Shown piece by piece: positions 36,303 through 57,518 of a stretch of 64,000 nt of DNA. Location: assembly GCF_018350175.1 (NCBI RefSeq), contig NC_058381.1, positions 57,908,001 to 57,972,000 on the forward strand. The letters run 5' to 3'. The notes beneath the pieces were generated by a model that saw only the letters and a program-made list of their open reading frames with translations, did not search any database and was not told the DNA's origin. Each line of letters starts with the position of its first letter. Positions within the stretch are counted from its first letter, which is position 1. The position numbers and the translations under genes are program-made. This stretch comes from Felis catus (taxonomy: Eukaryota).

Positions 36303-39300
36303 ACTTGGCCTTTTTGTTTCTGTTGGCCTTGAGCGGTCTCTCTGAATGGAGATGGCCTATTTTACTAGTTAGTTTATGCCTAAACATACTTTATACAAAC
36401 TATCTTTTCCTACTGGGTTTGTCCCTTCTAGAGTTGCAGAATCATCCAGCCAAGAGGTGCACTGGTTTCCTTTTGGGCCCGCCTCTACGGACCCCAAGGT
36501 TGGGGACCTGGGCACCTCCAGGGACACGGATCCCAAGTTCATGTCTCACTGCTCCAATGTTCAGTATCAGAAAGATCACACTGACCAGGCTCTATTGTAT
36601 TTATGTAAACTGTTTTGCAATTAATCTCCACACCCAACATGGGGCTCAAACTCACAACCCCGAGATCCAGAGTCACGTGCTCTACTGACTGAGACAGCCA
36701 GGCACCCCTCCTTTTTGATTAGTACACGTTGGGTCCTATTTATGCAATCTTTGTCTATCCCAAGATCATGAAGATCTCCCGTTTTCTTTTCCAAGAGCTT
36801 TGTGGCTTCTCTTTCGTGTTTAGATAGACCATCAGGAACTCATCTGATGTGGTGTGAGGTAAGGATCAAGAAACTTTTTTTTTTTTACGTTTATTTTTGA
36901 GAGAGAGAGAGAGAGAGCACAAGCAGGGGAAGGGCAGAGGGGGGGGGGGGGGGGGACAGAGGATCCGAAGCAGGCTCTGTGCTGACAGCAGACAGCCCAA
37001 TGCGGGGCTTGAGCTCACAAACCTCAAGCTCATGACCTGGGCTGAAGTTGGACGCTTAACTGACTGAGACACCCAGGTGCCCTAACAAACTATTTTGTTT
37101 TCATTTGGATATTCATTTGACCCAACACTGCTTATTGAAATATTTATTTAAGGGGCGCCTGGGTGGCGCAGTCGGTTAAGCGTCCGACTTCAGCCAGGTC
37201 ACGATCTCGCGGTCCGTGAGTTCAAGCCCCGCGTCAGGCTCTGGGCTGATGGCTCGGAGCCTGGAGCCTGTTTCCGATTCTGTGTCTCCCTCTCTCTCTC
37301 TGCCCCTCCCCCGTTCATGCTCTGTCTCTCTCTGTCCCAAAAATAAATAAACATTGAAAAAAAAATTAAAAAAAAAAAAAGAAATATTTATTTATCACAC
37401 AATTTTCTTTTTCTTTCTTTTCCACACAACTTTCTTTGAATTGTTTACTACGTATCAGATCCTGGGTGTCCAGAGGTGGGCAGAGCCAAGCCCTTGTCTT
37501 GACAGTGAGGGCAACAGACAGTAAACAAGGCAAAAAATATATCAAGGATGATGAATGCCGGGCTGCACGATAACGCAGAGAAAGGGGATATACCGTACTG
37601 TATTTAAGCAGCCTTCTGTTACAGGCTGTGTCCAGTGTTTTGCCGTTACACATAGCATTACTGTGGGCATCTTTTTTTTTCAACTTTTTTTAAATTTATT
37701 TTTGGGACAGAGAGAGAGCATGAACGGGGGAGGGGCAGAGAGAGAGGGAGACACAGAATCGGAAACAGGCTCCAGGCTCCGAGCCATCAGCCCAGAGCCC
37801 GACGCGGGGCTCGAACTCACGGACCGCGAGATTGTGACCTGGCTGAAGTCGGCCGCTTAACCGACTGCGCCACCCAGGCGCCCCACTGTGGGCATCTTTA
37901 AAACAAGTCCTTGGGGATGTTTCTGATTATTTCCTTATAAAAATTACGTGCATAAGGACTCATGCATCAAGGAGTATGGTCTTCTCGGGCCTTGATACAT
38001 ATCGTTATTTATTTGAAGTGAGTTTATATCTTGCTTCCCTAGAAAACTGATTTTCCAAAGACTTGGAAAAGTTTATACTTCCTGGAGCGTGAAACAGAGT
38101 ACAACGCACAAAATGAGCGCGTAAGAAAGTGGTGGTAAAAGGTGACCTTCAGAACCACAGCTCACTTACAGACAGACGTCAGCACATAGTATTGGTCGCA
38201 CTTGGATGGGACAGTCTGGTCTCTTTGCAACTACGCCCCCAGGGGAGGCTCCAGAACCCGGCACAGTTGATCGCGAGGACTTGGGGGGGAGGGGCACCTT
38301 TCACGGAGTTCTGAAACCTGGGGCTGATCGGCCGACCCAAAGGGGCTTTCAGCAGAAAGGTTTCTACCTTCGGTAAAATGGACAACAGCTGCAGGTCAGC
38401 AGGTCGTGCTAATAGTGACCTGTCCACTTCTCGAGACAGCTACTAAGAGGGCCCGAGCCACCAGGAGCAACCTGCTGCATGTCCCCTACGGAGACGGCGA
38501 GGGGGAGAACCTGGACATCTACTTTCCCGAGCGAGTGTCTGAAGGTAGGCGAATGGGCGGGTGGTCCCGCAGCAGGGCTCAGCTGGGCACCCGGCTCAGC
38601 CCCCACGCCCTCTGTCTGTCTTCCAGCCTCGCCTTTCTGTGTGTTCTTCCATGGCGGGTACTGGCAGAGTGGAAGGTGAGTCGGGAGCTTGGATGAACAG
38701 GGAGAAAGGGACATCCACCCTTCCCTGGTGTAGGAGATCGTGCGAGCCGCTGCTTCAAACTCCGTGTCTGACCACAGGAGTGCGTTCTCTCACAGCTCTG
38801 GAGGCCAGAAGTCTGAGATAAAGGTGTGGGCAGGGCCCTGCTCCCTCCAGAGGCGCCGGGGGAGAACCCACTCCTGCGTCTTCCAGCGGCTGGGGGCTCT
38901 GGGTTTTCGTTGGCTGTGGCCGCATCACCCCCGTCTCTGCGTCTATCCTCACGGGGCCTCCTCTGTGTCCGTGTCTCAGATCATCCCCCGCCCTTCTCTT
39001 ATAGTGTCACCAGTCATGGGATTTATGCCCACCCTGAATCAGGGATGATCTCACCTCGGGATCCTTAACTACATCTCCGTCTCTCTTTCTGCAGTAAAGA
39101 TACATCAGCCTTCATGGTCAACCCACTGACAGCCCAGGGAGTGGCCGTGGTGATAGTGGCTTATGACATAGCCCCCAAAGGTAAGGACGATGGTCTCACA
39201 GGTTTGAAGCCTGGTGGGCTTTGGAGGGGAGAGAGCCCCTGACGGACCCTGCCCCGACTCGTGTTCTCTGTGCAGGTACCCTGGACCAGATGGTAGACCA

Positions 39301-41740
39301 AGTGACCCGGAGCATCGTGTATATCCAGAAGCAGTATCCACGCAACGAGTAGGTATCACTGAAGATTTCCCTTTTGCGAGACGATGTGGGAGGGACCGTG
39401 GATTCAGCCCCCCGGGATGCAGCCCAGCTGCTCCCTCTGGCCTGTGGAGCAGAAGGCGAACCGGGACTCCTCGATGCCGACCCGATGCACTCGGGCCACC
39501 GAATGCAAATCCGGCTCTCTCTCCTCTGACCCAACCCAGGGGGATTTACCTGTGCGGACACTCAGCTGGGGCCCACCTGGCCGCCATGATGCTCCTGGCC
39601 GACTGGACCAAGCATGCAGTCGCACCCAACCTCAGAGGTTTCCCTGGGACTGCGGGCTGGCCGGGCAGCCTTCTCCCTCCCCAGATGGGCCCGAGGGCCG
39701 CACCAGCTGCACGAAATCCCAACAGCCATGACGTGCTTGAGCTGGGGGCTTGGAGCCCTGTGACATGGGCTCGTCTTTGCTTCTTCTCTACCCCTACCCT
39801 GGTCTCGCCCCTTTGGGGCTGGCCCCATATTGCCCCACTGGGTGCCTGCAGGAAGCCTGGTATGGGTGGGGTGTTGGCCCCACCTAGAGCCTGGCCCTCT
39901 GACTGCTCTTCACCTTTACAGGCTTTTTCCTGGTGAGTGGGATCTATGACCTAGAGCCCATCGTGTTCACCTCTCAGAACGGCCCTCTCCTCATGACCCT
40001 GTGAGTCACTTGCCCCCTCCTTCCCCAGCTGAGCTTGAACCTACCAGGCGGGCCAGGGGTGACGCGTGGGCTTTTCTCCGTCCTGACCCATGCCTGCCCC
40101 CCCCCACCCCCGCATCAGGGAGGATGCTCGGAGGAATGGTCCACAGCAGCTCCTGGAGGCGGCCCTGACGCAGCCCGTGGATCCCGCCTGCCACGTGCTG
40201 GTGATCGTGGGCCAACACGACTCCCCCGAATTCGCCCGACAGTCCAGGGAATTTTATCAGGTACCCCCAGCACCCCGCTTCTGGCCGGAGGTTGAGGGTC
40301 ATGCGCTGTCATTACCTTCCCCTTTATTTCACCCAAAGGGACCCCAAGACCATCAGCCATTTATTCAACAAATACCGAGCGAGCACCTGCTCCGGGTCAG
40401 GCAGGGCCCTGCTGCCTCACGCTCCTGCTTGGCCCTTGTCTCTACCCAGACACTGTGCAGAGGAGGATGGAACGCCTCGTTTGAAGAACTCCACGATGTG
40501 GATCACTTTGAAATCATCTGGAAGCTAACCCAGGACGACTACGTGCTCACCCAGGTGGGGCACATCCCTTCACTGTGGAGGGCATGGGTCCTGCCTTAGC
40601 ACCCCTGGACATACGGACAGGAGGGTAGGTGGGGAGCACAGAGGAGTCATTCACTAGTTCCTTGGCCTCCAGGAGGCTGGGGACCCTACGGTAGGACTTG
40701 AGTCCCCCCCGGCTTCCTAGACTTCACCTCTCTTTGAAAGAGCCCCAGAGTCTGTGCCTGGGCACACAGGTGGGAGCTGCACGGGGCTTGGTGCCGAGGC
40801 GGAGAGGCATTGATCTGGGCCAAGGAAAGTGTTAGCCTGTGTTAAGCATAAGGCAGAGCCAACTCCATACAGGACAAGATGGGCGGATTTGGTTCAGAAA
40901 TGTTGATTACAACTTAAACGTGGAGAATCCTTTTGAAAACCAAACATTACAATTTTAACGTGGAGAATTCTTTCACAAGTCAAAGAATAAGCTGGGGAGA
41001 GTATTTGCCACAGACCTGGCAGATACAGAGTTACCACTTCTCTTCTTTTTCTTTTTCTTTTTCTTTTTCTCGCCCCCAACGGGAAAGTGGTTCTTCAGAA
41101 CTTCACTTTTAATCAGCTGCCCCCTCAGTAAGGCTTTGATAGCATTCAGTGTTTTTTTTTTTAATTTTTAAAAAATATTTTTGAACGAGAGAGAGAGACA
41201 CACACACAGAGAGCAGGGGAGGGGCAGGGAGAGAGGGAGACACAGAATCCGAAGCAGGTTCCGGGCTCCGAGCCGTCAGCACAGAGCCCGACACGGGGCT
41301 CGAACCCACAAACTGTTGAGATCATGACCTGGGCTGAAGTCAGATGCTTAACTGACTGAGCCACCCAGGCACCCCTATAGCATTCAGTTTAATTCTTACA
41401 TAACTAATATTCTTACTGTATAAAGAGTACTTTCAAATCAATAAGAACTGTTTTAATTTCTATTTAGAAACAGACACAAATGGATAAAGAATAAGGGATA
41501 GTTTAAGAAAAAATATAAATGGCCAATAAACATGGGGGGAAGATTATCCCAGGGATATTAGAAATGTCACTTAAAATGACAGTCCTTTCCCACCTGTCAT
41601 TGAAAATGTTCTAATAAGGGGCGCCTGGGTGCAGTTAGTTAAGCGCCCAACTCTTGATTTTGGCTCAGGTCATGATCTCGTGGTTTTATAGGTTCAGCCC
41701 CATGTCAGCCTCTGTACTGGCAGCACAGAGCCTGCTTGGG

Positions 41741-41788
<48 letters not shown>

Positions 41789-42890
41789 TCCCTCTCCCTC
41801 TCTCTGCCCCCACCCCCAACACACTGTCTCTGTCTCTCTCAAAATAAATAAACAAATGTCTAAAAAATTAAAAAATAGAAAAAAAAAAAGGAAGAGAAAA
41901 TGTTCTAATGATAATTATGCCCAGCACTGCTGGAGAGATGGTGGAGGGGGTCCTCTCCAGTTCCGCCGGGGGGCGCACAGCCTGGCAATATGGATCCAAA
42001 CCCACTAGCCCAGTAATTCTGCTCCTTGGAGTTTCTCTTCCGGATAATCAAAGAAATACACAGAGATAGCCCCTGCAACTGTATTAATATTCAAAACTGG
42101 GAAACAACCTAAATGTCCCAATGAGGTTACATGATGACATAATCGGGTAATGGAACACAGTTTGTGAAAATCAGTTAGGATACATCAAATTGATTCAGAT
42201 GTGAAAGCAAAAACACAAGAAACAACTGATCCAGTATATTCCCAATTCAATCATACACAGACAGCTAGACCCCTGGAGGCATATGGATGCATACGAAAAA
42301 CTCAATTATCAGTGGTGTCACACAGTGCATTTTAAAAATTCATTTCCAAAAAAAAAAAAAAAAACAACTCATTTCCAGGGGCGCCTGGGTGGCTCAGTCG
42401 GTGACACGTCCGACTTCAGCTCAGGTCATGATCTCATGGTTCATGAGTTCTAGCCCTGTGTCAGGCTCTATGCTGACAGCTTGGAGCCTGGAACCTGCTT
42501 CCGATTCTGTCCCCTTCTCTCTCTGCCCCTCCCCCACTCACACTCTGTCTCTCTCTCAAAAATAAACAGTAAAAAAAAAAAAAATGCAATTCCACATTTG
42601 CTAACATGAGCACGTATTACTTAAAAAAATGTGTTTTTTATTTTTATTTTTTTTTGAGACAGCACCAGTGGGGGAGGGGCAGAGAGATTGGGAGACAGAG
42701 AATCCCAAGCGGGCTCCACCCCGTCAGGATGGAGCCCCATGCGGGGCTCGAACTCATGAACCCTGAGATCATGACCTTAGCGGAAATCAAAGAGTCAGAC
42801 GCTTAACCGACTGAGCCACCCAGGCGCCCCCTTATGTGTCTTTTCTTATCGCTGCAGATGATTTTGAGAACAATCCTCCAGGAGCCCTGA
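26117..42890 (+). CDS. AFMID: Kynurenine formamidase (arylformamidase), 306 aa; join(26117-26176,27796-27886,38440-38544,38627-38675,39095-39180,39276-39348,39540-39637,39922-40000,40119-40260,40450-40554,42858-42890)
   Basis: [11 protein letters not shown], oxyanion motif HGGYW, nucleophile GHSAG, catalytic D (GQHDSPEF) and H (VDHFE). All 10 introns are GT-AG with consistent phases; the total is 921 nt. Confidence 0.96.
28227..28450 (+). mobile_element. CanSINE
   Basis: Full SINE with A/T tail. Confidence 0.85.
28605..29435 (-). mobile_element. MLT1 (MaLR) LTR interrupted by two minus-strand CanSINEs (~28825-29285)
   Basis: gggctgccattgcaaaatgccataga...ttctcacagttctggaggctaagaag...gggacacagaccttcagccca. 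Confidence 0.65.
29755..30590 (-). mobile_element. Old ERV1-class LTR (MER34/39-like), interrupted by a short SINE at 29905-30032
   Basis: Minus-strand AATAAA near 29818; SINE TSD agaaacctcaccc; LTR-like composition. Family assigned by eye. Confidence 0.45.
30800..31497 (-). mobile_element. Solo endogenous retrovirus LTR (~700 bp) in AFMID intron 2
   Basis: Starts TG on +; minus-strand AATAAA at 30926-30931; 5-bp TSD CTTAG at 30795-30799 and 31498-31502. Confidence 0.7.
31830..32260 (-). mobile_element. Old L1M-type 3' fragment
   Basis: Same L1M motif family as 5868-6220 (accattttaaag..tacaattc, ttttgacaactgtgaatagggctgctgtgaacat). Confidence 0.65.
33645..34003 (-). mobile_element. CanSINE interrupted by a small polyadenylated retrocopy (33799-33927)
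   Basis: The SINE body resumes after the duplicated cacaa(a/g)ttgtgag. Confidence 0.8.
34570..34945 (+). mobile_element. MLT1 (MaLR) LTR remnant
   Basis: tgtggactgaatctttgtgcctccccagattcacatgttgaagcc...ccagaactgtgaaa...tgtggtatttggtcacagcag. Confidence 0.6.
35627..35665. repeat. (TG)n microsatellite
   Basis: About 19 TG units. Confidence 0.95.
36269..36301. repeat. G33 homopolymer
   Basis: 33 consecutive G. Confidence 0.9.
37151..37380 (+). mobile_element. Young felid CanSINE
   Basis: Young variant with perfect TSD GAAATATTTATTTA. Confidence 0.92.
37675..37884 (-). mobile_element. Young felid CanSINE
   Basis: Young variant with perfect TSD ACTGTGGGCATCTTT. Confidence 0.92.
38740..39075 (-). 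mobile_element. MLT1 (MaLR) fragment filling most of AFMID intron 4
   Basis: ttctctcacagctctggaggccagaagtctgagataaaggtgtgggcagggc...atccttaactacatct. Confidence 0.65.
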
Positions 42891-44273
42891 CAGCATTGGA
42901 CCCCCACCAGAGGGCACCCCGATGGTGAAGCTCCCCCCCCAGACCCCGCAGGCTTCCCCTTCCTGCCAAACTGGCCTCTCCCCACGCCCAGGAGCGCCTC
43001 CATTTTCTCTGAACACCACTAAAAATCTCCACGGCCTTTTGCTGGTCTGGATACATCAGATCGATTCAGATGTGACAGCTGAATGTAGCCTGTAATTTGA
43101 AACACTAAGATATTCAAAAAGCTTCCACGACGCAGGCACACGAGAATGACATTATAGGAGTGACTTGAATTTATTCCAGATCGTCAGAGGAAATGAGTCA
43201 CAAAGTGTGGGACTTCGTTTAACGTGTGCAACAAATTCCTTGTGGGACACCCCACAACAGCTGGCAGGAAACCCAGGCTGTCTCCACACCTAGGTCAAGA
43301 ATTGCGCCCCCTAGGTTATGCCCTGTCAAAGCAAAATGCCTTAAACTAAGCAAAAGACAGAACAAAACTGTGTCCGCCACCTCTATGATCCTATTTTCAC
43401 TTAAAAAGGATGCATAGGGGCGCCTGGGTGGCTCAGTCGGTTAAGCGTCCGACTTCAGCTCAGGTCACGATCTCGCGGTCCTTGGGTTCGAGCCCCGTGT
43501 CGGGCTCTGGGCTGATGGGTCAGAGCCTGGAGCTTGCTTCCGATTCTGTGTCTCCCTCTCTCTCTGCCCCTCCCCTGTTCATGCTGTGTCTCTCTCTGTC
43601 TCAAAAATAAATAAACGTTAAAAAAATTTCAAAAAAAAAAAAAAGGATGCATAGACCTCTATGTGGGCATGTGACATACAATACACAGATATCTATAGAT
43701 CTAGAAAAAAAACACCAGCGGGATACACACAGGGTAACAGCAGTAAACAAAGCGAGATCGTGGGAAATTTTAATTTCTTCCTCTCATCTAATATAAATGA
43801 TTGTATTACTATAAACAATTGAATATAAAAGTTATACTAAATAGACTGTGGACTGGATAACTATTTTCATGGCTTGTTAAAAAATGGGGTAGGGACGCCT
43901 GAGTGGCTCGGTCGGTTAAGCGCCTGACTCCGGCTCAGGTCGTGATCTCACAGGTCGTGAGTTCGAGCCCCGCGGGGGGCTCTGTGCTGACAGCTCAGAG
44001 CCTGGAGCCTGCTTCGGATCCTGTGTCTCCCTCTCTCTCTGCCCCTCCCCTGCTCATTCTCTCTCTCAAAAATAAACATTTAAAACTAAATAAATTTAAA
44101 AACTGGCAGGGCACCTGGATGCCTCAGTCGGTTGAGCATCTGACTCGATTTCGGCTTAGGTCATGATCTCCTGGTTTGTGATTTCAAGCCCGGAGACGGG
44201 CTCTGTGCTGACAGGATGGAGCCTGCTTGGGATTCTGTCTCTCTCCCCTTCTCTCTGACCTTCCCCTGATCGC

Positions 44274-44306
<33 letters not shown>

Positions 44307-46299
44307 ATAAATAAATTTTTTTAAAAAATTTAAATGATACAGGGGCGCCTGGGTGGCTCAGTCGGTTAGGCGGCCGACTTCGGCTCAGGTCATGATCCCG
44401 CGGTCCGTGAGTTCAAGCCCCGCGTCGGGCTCTGTGCTGGCAGCTCAGAGCCTGGAGCCTGTTTCCGATTCTGTGTCTCCCTCTCTCTGACCCTCCCCCG
44501 TTCATGCTCTGTCTCTCTCTGTCTCAAAAATAAATGTTAAAAAAAAAATTTTTTTTAATAAAAAAAAAAAATTAAAAAAAACATTTAAATGATACAGTAA
44601 AAAGTTTCCCGCCTGGCTCAGTCGGTAGAGCATGGTAGAATATATGACTCTTGATCTCAGGGTCATGAGTTCAGGCCCCATGTTGGGCTTGGAGCCTACT
44701 TAAATTTTTAAAAAAGAAAAAGTTTCCAAGAAGTTGTGACATTAAAAGAATAGAAGCCAGCAGCCCTCATAGAGCCGGAGCACTGAGGAGGTCTCTTATT
44801 TCTGGCCTGCGGATGTGAGAGGCGCCACTCAGCCACCCCTGCAGCTCGGGAAGTGACTTCAGAACACCCTGTTCCTGACAGAGGACACACAGATTTTTCC
44901 CGTAGGCTGCAGGATTTGCCGTTGCTGGGACACGTTGCTGGGACACCGCTCTGAGGTGGGAACCAGCCCCACCCACCCTCCCTCTCTTCCCTTGTTCTCT
45001 CCCAAGTTTGCCACTGCCCCCGGCCCCTCCTGGACGCCCAGGTCTGGGAGGTCAGTGATGCCTTCAGGGACTTCAGTTCTTTCTCTGTCCCTTTGTCCTT
45101 CAAGCTCACTTGAAGCTTTGGGGCGGCAGTGAAGCCCTCTAGACTTCTCCTGACTTTGTGGAGCAGGTGGGGGCCTGTCTTGGCCCTCTTTGGTTGCCTA
45201 GCAGTCAGGAGCTGCTCAGAGCTCTGTTCCTGGAGACTGGATTCACTCCCTGTCCTTTCCAGACTCCCACCAGCCACTCTGGGTCTCCGTTTATTCACCT
45301 GTAAAAAAATCTAGCTAGAGCAGGAGCAGACAAACAGACCCATGGGCAGAAACAACGCGGCAGAGATGGGCCCCAGCACATAGTGGACTTAAGCATGTGA
45401 CTCAGGTGGTGTTTCAAACCTGCCTTTGTTCAAAGCCACTTACTGGACAGTGTGGGGGCAACTGGCCAGATCTCGGAAAACAAATCCGAACCCGTTTCAT
45501 GCACCTTCCATTGGTATACTTCTGAAAGAATCAAGACTTTTTTTTTTTAAGATCAAGACTTTAACAATAAAAAAGAAAACCAAAAGAAATCTTCAATGAA
45601 TACCTTTTCTAAATCATCTCAGAGCAGAACAAGCCTTTCTAAGCGTGGCAAAAACAAAACAAAAGAAGCCAGCCAGAAACAAAAAATAAAAGTCAGGGGC
45701 ACCTGGCTGGCTCAGTCAGAAGAGCCCGTGACTCTTGATTGGGGAGGGGTTGGGGGTGGGTGCTGAGTTCAGGCCCACTTTGGGTGTTGAGATTACAAAA
45801 TAAATAAACAAACAAACTAACTAACTAAAAAAAAAAGTCAAAAAGAAAAGGAGTGATAAATATGACGGCATAAAAATTTAAAACTTCTGCAAGAAAAAAT
45901 ATACGACAGAGTGAAAAAAACAAACTGGGGTCGAGGGCACGGAGGGCAGGACAAATGAGGCTAAGTGCCTTTTGAATAAAAACTCACCTGGCAGTGGGAA
46001 AAATGTCATTAACCCAACAGCAAAGCAGACATGAAGAGGCAATTCACAGGAAAGACGAAAGTGACAGGTTTGAGATGATCAGCCTCCCTTGTAATCGCAG
46101 CAATGCAGCTTAAAACAAGCGCGTGTTGCTCGCAATTTTCTTTTGCATTAGGCTAGGAAATAAATGCAAGCTACTAACTTTTTTTTCTCCTTTTTAAGTT
46201 TACTTGTTTAAATAATCTCTACACCCCACGAGGGGTCTGAATTTACAACTCCAAGATCAAGAGTCACAGGCTCCACCCACTGAGCCCGCCAGGGGCCCC
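41152..46299. mobile_element. Dense CanSINE cluster (~11 copies) with L1 fragments across the AFMID 3' end and AFMID-BIRC5 spacer
   Basis: SINEs at ~41152-41375(-), 41617-41890, 42378-42585, 42640-42830(-), 43417-43645, 43893-44100, 44108-44330, 44342-44580, 44610-44720, 45696-45835 and 46190-46299(-). Confidence 0.8.
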
Positions 46300-46625
46300 T
46301 GCAGGCTACCAGTTTCTTATCCAATTCTTAAAGACTGTTACCCATAGAAATGAACAAAATGAGTCTGACCACGGCCAAAACTGCACATGCTCAGTGTCTT
46401 TACTAACGCGGATGAAAGCCTCGAGATTTTTTTCTTTCGGGTACTATATTGTTAAAATGTTGACTCCAGACGATAGGAACGTGGTACAAATAACCTAGAA
46501 GGCTCAAACTGGCAGAAGCTGTTATCGGTAAAATTTGATTTAGCCAAAAGCTGATCTGTGAATTAAATATTTGTTACAAAAACTTATGAAAAGGGGGAGT
46601 GAGTGTTTAGTGGGCACAGGCTTAA

Positions 46626-55140
<8,515 letters not shown>

Positions 55141-57051
55141 CCCCCGGCCACCACGCTGGGCCCGGAGCGGAGCGCGGCTGCCCGCGCACGCGCCCCAGAG
55201 TGACCGGCTCTTCTGGGGCGCTTTCACCGCGCCTTAGGAAAGGATGTCCACGTTTTGAAATTAGAATATTTAAGCTATGCTTTTGTTTTTTTCTTGCAAG
55301 TGGTGCCGGGGGCTCCTCTTGGCGCAGCCGGTGCTGCTGAGCACGGTAACCGAGTCTCTCTCTCTCTCTTTTTTCTTCGGTAGTTTCTGGGCCGTTGGTT
55401 CCTGGACTTTCCAGGGTGACCAGGTGACAAGAGTGTTCTCGTGGGCAGAGCCCTTTCACAGGGAAACATCTGGGCTTCAGGCTGACTAGCTGTGGAGCCT
55501 GAGATTCGATGCCTGAATGCTACTGTGGGTCTGCTGTGACTGGACAAACAGAGAGTGAAGGAGACCATTTTAGATGTGATTTGTGTAATAATCTAAGTTT
55601 CTAGCGCGCGTGTCTCGTGTGGTCAGCACCCCGTGTCACCTCACCTGGATGAGACAAGTCGTGCGGCCATCCTTTTCCCCCGTCAGGTCTGTGGTACTGC
55701 CCGGGCCTCCCTTACTCCAGAGCGGATTATACAAAATCCCACCCCTGCCAAAGCTCTGAAGGTGCCGTGTGCGGGAAGGGGCTTCCTCGCCTGTCTCGTC
55801 ACTTTGTGATCTTCAAGTTCATACCGGGGGAGCTGGTGGAATTCAACCCCAGACTGCCTCGGGCCTCGAGGTGTGACAAGCCCAGACGGCGGGAGTGCGG
55901 TGGGGGAGGGCAGAGGTCTTGACAGTGAAGCCAAGATGTCTCTTCACCTCCGGTGGGCACCATAGGCACACCACAAGGTTGTGACATTTCTCTAAAACGG
56001 GTGAGGAAGAGGTCCTTAATGCGAGACAGTGCGTTTTCTAGAGGCCTGGCTCCCGGCTCTGGAGGAGCCGTCACACGGCTGGGGACAGGCAGGGTGGGAC
56101 GAGAAACCCGTGGAAGGAGTTTCCTGGTCTTTCTGTTCCCGGGCTGACAGGGCACCTGTGTCTTTCTAATGTGAACCCTCCTCAAGGAAGGCAGTGGAGT
56201 CGATGGATCTGAAAGGTGGATCGGGACTCTCTTTGGGGGGAAACTGGTTTTTATAGGGAACTTGTTTATATTGTTTGCAATCTTTTACAAGATCATCAAT
56301 TGCGTGATGTCCAAGTTGGAGCAGTGGTGACGAGCATGCCAGTTGGGGTGCTCCCTCGGGCCCGGCCACAGTGCCCTCGCACAGGCTGCCCTCCAGGGGG
56401 TCCGGTCCCTGCACTTGTTGAACCTGAGCTGTGGTTTCTTCGTCTAACGTGGCGTCGTGAAACCTGTGCTGCCTCGGCTGGCTTTCTCGTGTCACGATGT
56501 CTGTGTGAGACGCATCCTCAGCTTCTAAGGTTCTGCAATGTCCTTTTCTTACTTTGTTTGAATTATTACTTCACAGAACATCACACACTACAGTTAAGTG
56601 AGCACAAAGCCATCCCAAGTCATTGGGCAAACAGGGTGACCCTTAGGTGGATTTGGAGACAGAGCAAGGTAGCAGGAAGTGGGTAGCAGAAATTGTCGTT
56701 TATGAAATTGCTTCGCCACTAGACAGCCCGACTGAGTCGTCAGCCGCACGCCGGTTCTCCCTCCCTGAGCACAGTGCAGTGGCTCAGGAACTCGCCTCAG
56801 ACGTGTGGGGACTCGGTGGCCACTGCGGGTGATCCGTCGGCCCTGGTTGGCCGAGTCTCCGTTGCCGCTGCTCGCTCCCGCACACCCGTGCCCCGTCCAC
56901 GTCGTCGTCTCCACACCGGTTCTCCCTGCTGTCCTCCCAGAGGCTCACACAGCAGTTACGGTGACAGATTTTGTTTCTCCCTCCGTGAAATCGAGCTGCA
57001 GGGTGGATTGTTTCGGCCCGGTGGTTGGAGGTCATCCCGCCATTTCTGAAA

Positions 57052-57057
57052 AATAAA
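57052..57057 (+). terminator. BIRC5 polyadenylation signal AATAAA (3'UTR ~1.9 kb)
   Basis: AATAAA followed by ...catttcaaacac and a downstream GT/T-rich element. Confidence 0.75.
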
Positions 57058-57304
57058 AACTACTTCATTTCAAACACTTCATTTCAGGGTCTCCTCCTGG
57101 GTTTTTAAAGTCTTGTTGGGTTTTTGTTGTGGTTCCCTAGCCTGCCAACTGCTGCTTCCCGCCCACACGGGTGTGGGGAAGGGCTGAGCCTTGGCAGACA
57201 CAAAGCCGGCCCTGGGCCACAAGGCCCACTTGTGCGTGTCGTCTGGGCCCGTTCCAGGTGTGAACCAGCTATGCAAGATGCATCTCCAGCTTCTTTTTCT
57301 TCTT

Positions 57305-57518
57305 AAAAATTTGTTTAATGTTTACTTTTTATTCTTGAGAGACAGAGAGAGAGCACGAGCAGGGGAGGGGCAGAGAGAGGGAGACACAGAATCCGAAGCA
57401 GGCTCCAGGCTCCGAGCTGTCAGCACAGAGCCCGACGTGGGGCTCGAACTCACAAACCGTGAGGTCATGAGCTGAGCTGAAGTCGGCTGCTTAACCACCC
57501 GAGCCCCCCAGGCGCCCC
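57305..57518 (-). mobile_element. CanSINE
   Basis: Full SINE on the minus strand. Confidence 0.85.

Noticed and set aside
44708-45298. 196-aa minus-strand ORF between AFMID and BIRC5
   Set aside because: Non-ATG start, no recognisable homology or splice context.
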